Shown here piece after piece: positions 62,271 through 64,000 of a DNA stretch of 64,000 nucleotides. Each line of letters starts with the position of its first letter. Positions within the stretch are counted from its first letter, which is position 1. The notes beneath the pieces were generated by a model that was not told where the DNA came from, did no database searches, and saw only the letters and a program-made list of their open reading frames with translations. The DNA lies in the NCBI RefSeq assembly GCF_006345805.1, contig NC_043017.1:23746001-23810000 (forward strand). The letters are read 5' to 3'. The position numbers and the translations under genes were made by a program. The stretch comes from Octopus sinensis. Taxonomy: Eukaryota.

Positions 62271-64000
62271 TTTTTATTGCTTAGTTAAGATGGATGTACA
62301 ATGCTTTACAAGACCTGGCTGGTGGGAGAGAGAGGGAAAGACTAGGTCTGAATTAGTGGTTCCCAAAGAGGGTGGTACTGCTTCCAGTGGGATGGCATTG
62401 AACCAAAGTGGTGCGATATTGGGATGGCCAAACGGGGGCAATGGATGTCAAAACAACAAAATAATGGGTTAATTAGTTTAAGTTTTATTTGTGAAATAAG
62501 GTTGTTTTGAATTTGATGCAGAAAATGGTCGGTGTTTGAGGTGGTGATGAGTGATGGTAGGGGGCACTAGGAATGTGACCTCCATGCCAAATATGCAGCA
62601 GCCCCAAAAAGCTTTGGGAACCATTGGTCTGAAAAATGCTTCCGACAGAATGGACATCACTTAGGTTTCTGGAGAGGAGAGAAAACTGTTGAAATGACAC
62701 AAAAATGACTGAATGAGGTGGGGGTGCTTAATCAAGACTTGAAATGTCATTTCCAGAGACCCTGTGACTGGTTGGAAGAAGTTCTTGTCAGGTTGGAGCC
62801 CTTATGCACTCAATTAAAAATACCCAAGATCCCAGTGGTGGTGTTAATACACAGTTTTAGCATTGACCCCTTTTTGTTTTGAAGTGCTTTTCCTCTCTTC
62901 AATAAGATGACCTGGCTTGAATGCCTACAACGGAATGTACCCATCTATTAGTACCCCACACCCTGGCATTGGTGTTTCACTTTGTTAATATACAATTATA
63001 ACTGTACACCTTTTGTTCTTCCCTCACTATTCTCTCAACTGTTAGGCATTTTAATCAACCATAGCCAACCCCTAACTTGAAGGTACCAGAATTTAAAACC
63101 TTTTATAATTAAAAAATAAACATTTTACTGTTTTCAATGGTTAAGGTTAATAAAACTAGTTAACATTACTAGTCATCCTTTGCAAAGATAGTTAACATTA
63201 TTTGTTAATATTAATAAAAATGATTACCATTACTAATTATCCTTCATAAAGTTAACATTAATGGTTATCAGTTATAAAAAGAAATTATTACCATTGCTTA
63301 ACATTAATAAAAACTAATTACTGTTAATGCTGCCCATAAATAAAAGAAATTCTTAAAATTACAAACAAGTTTACTATCCAAGAAAGTTTGGGGTGGAATC
63401 TTAATTTAAACTTTTCCTTGCTTTGGGAATCATTCTTTTACTTTGATTTCTATAAGAACCAATTCTACGACATTTTGAATTCCTTGTTGTGGCAGACTGC
63501 TTTCTTTTAATTAAAAAATAAAAATATCCTTGGGTGAAGCATAAAACATGACAACTTCCCATTTCTTCTATCATTCCTGTTTTGCAAAAACAAAAAACAA
63601 AACAAAAAAGACAAATATAAATACACACCTAGTAAAATGGTAGAATTTTTTTATTTTATGGCAAAATTTTAAGAATTTTTTTGTGTTTGGAATTGTTGGG
63701 ATTGGAGAATATTTCTCTCCACTAATGTGCCTTACTTGCTTTTATTATTATTATTATTGTTTATTATTATTATTATCATTAGGGTGGCTGGCTGGCAGAA
63801 TCATTACTATGCTGAACAAAATGCTGCTAAGCATTTTGTCTGCTTTTACGCTTTGAGTTCAAATTCCACCAAGGTCGGCTTTGCCTTTCATCCTTTCAAG
63901 TTTGATGAAACAAGTACCAGTTGAGCACTGATGGTGGGAGTAGGGGTCAATGTAATCAACTATCCCCTCCCTCCACCCAAAAATATTTCAGGCCCTGTGC

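Overview
Eukaryotic, repeat-rich genomic DNA, most likely an octopus (inferred from the tRNA-derived SINE families, RTE-type (GAT)n tails and dense microsatellites; not verified by search). The window holds most of one + strand gene, a classical phospholipase D (PLD1/2-type). I assembled 22 GT-AG coding exons from 2394 to the stop at 55345 (3192 nt, 1063 aa, one continuous frame). They cover the end of the PX domain, the PH domain, HKD1, a greatly expanded loop, the PIP2-binding region, HKD2 and the C-terminal VLWT. The N-terminal exons lie upstream of the window. Introns contain SINEs, RTE, CR1-group and Hero LINE fragments, Penelope-like (PLE) pieces, several MITE families and a Helitron. 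Best leads: (1) four loci carrying minimal type I hammerhead ribozyme motifs, most with the compensatory U3:A8 core, three in the sense strand of the PLD pre-mRNA and two built into ~95-bp fold-backs; (2) a frame-preserving candidate exon at 17206-17379 with an in-frame TGA; (3) a genomic CAG (Gln) at a normally Arg position of the PIP2 motif, beside an inverted SINE pair (A-to-I recoding candidate); (4) a calmodulin-binding-like motif in the expanded loop; (5) a 170-bp inverted repeat just after the stop codon. All functional claims are hypotheses. All coordinates were counted by hand, and repeat boundaries are approximate.
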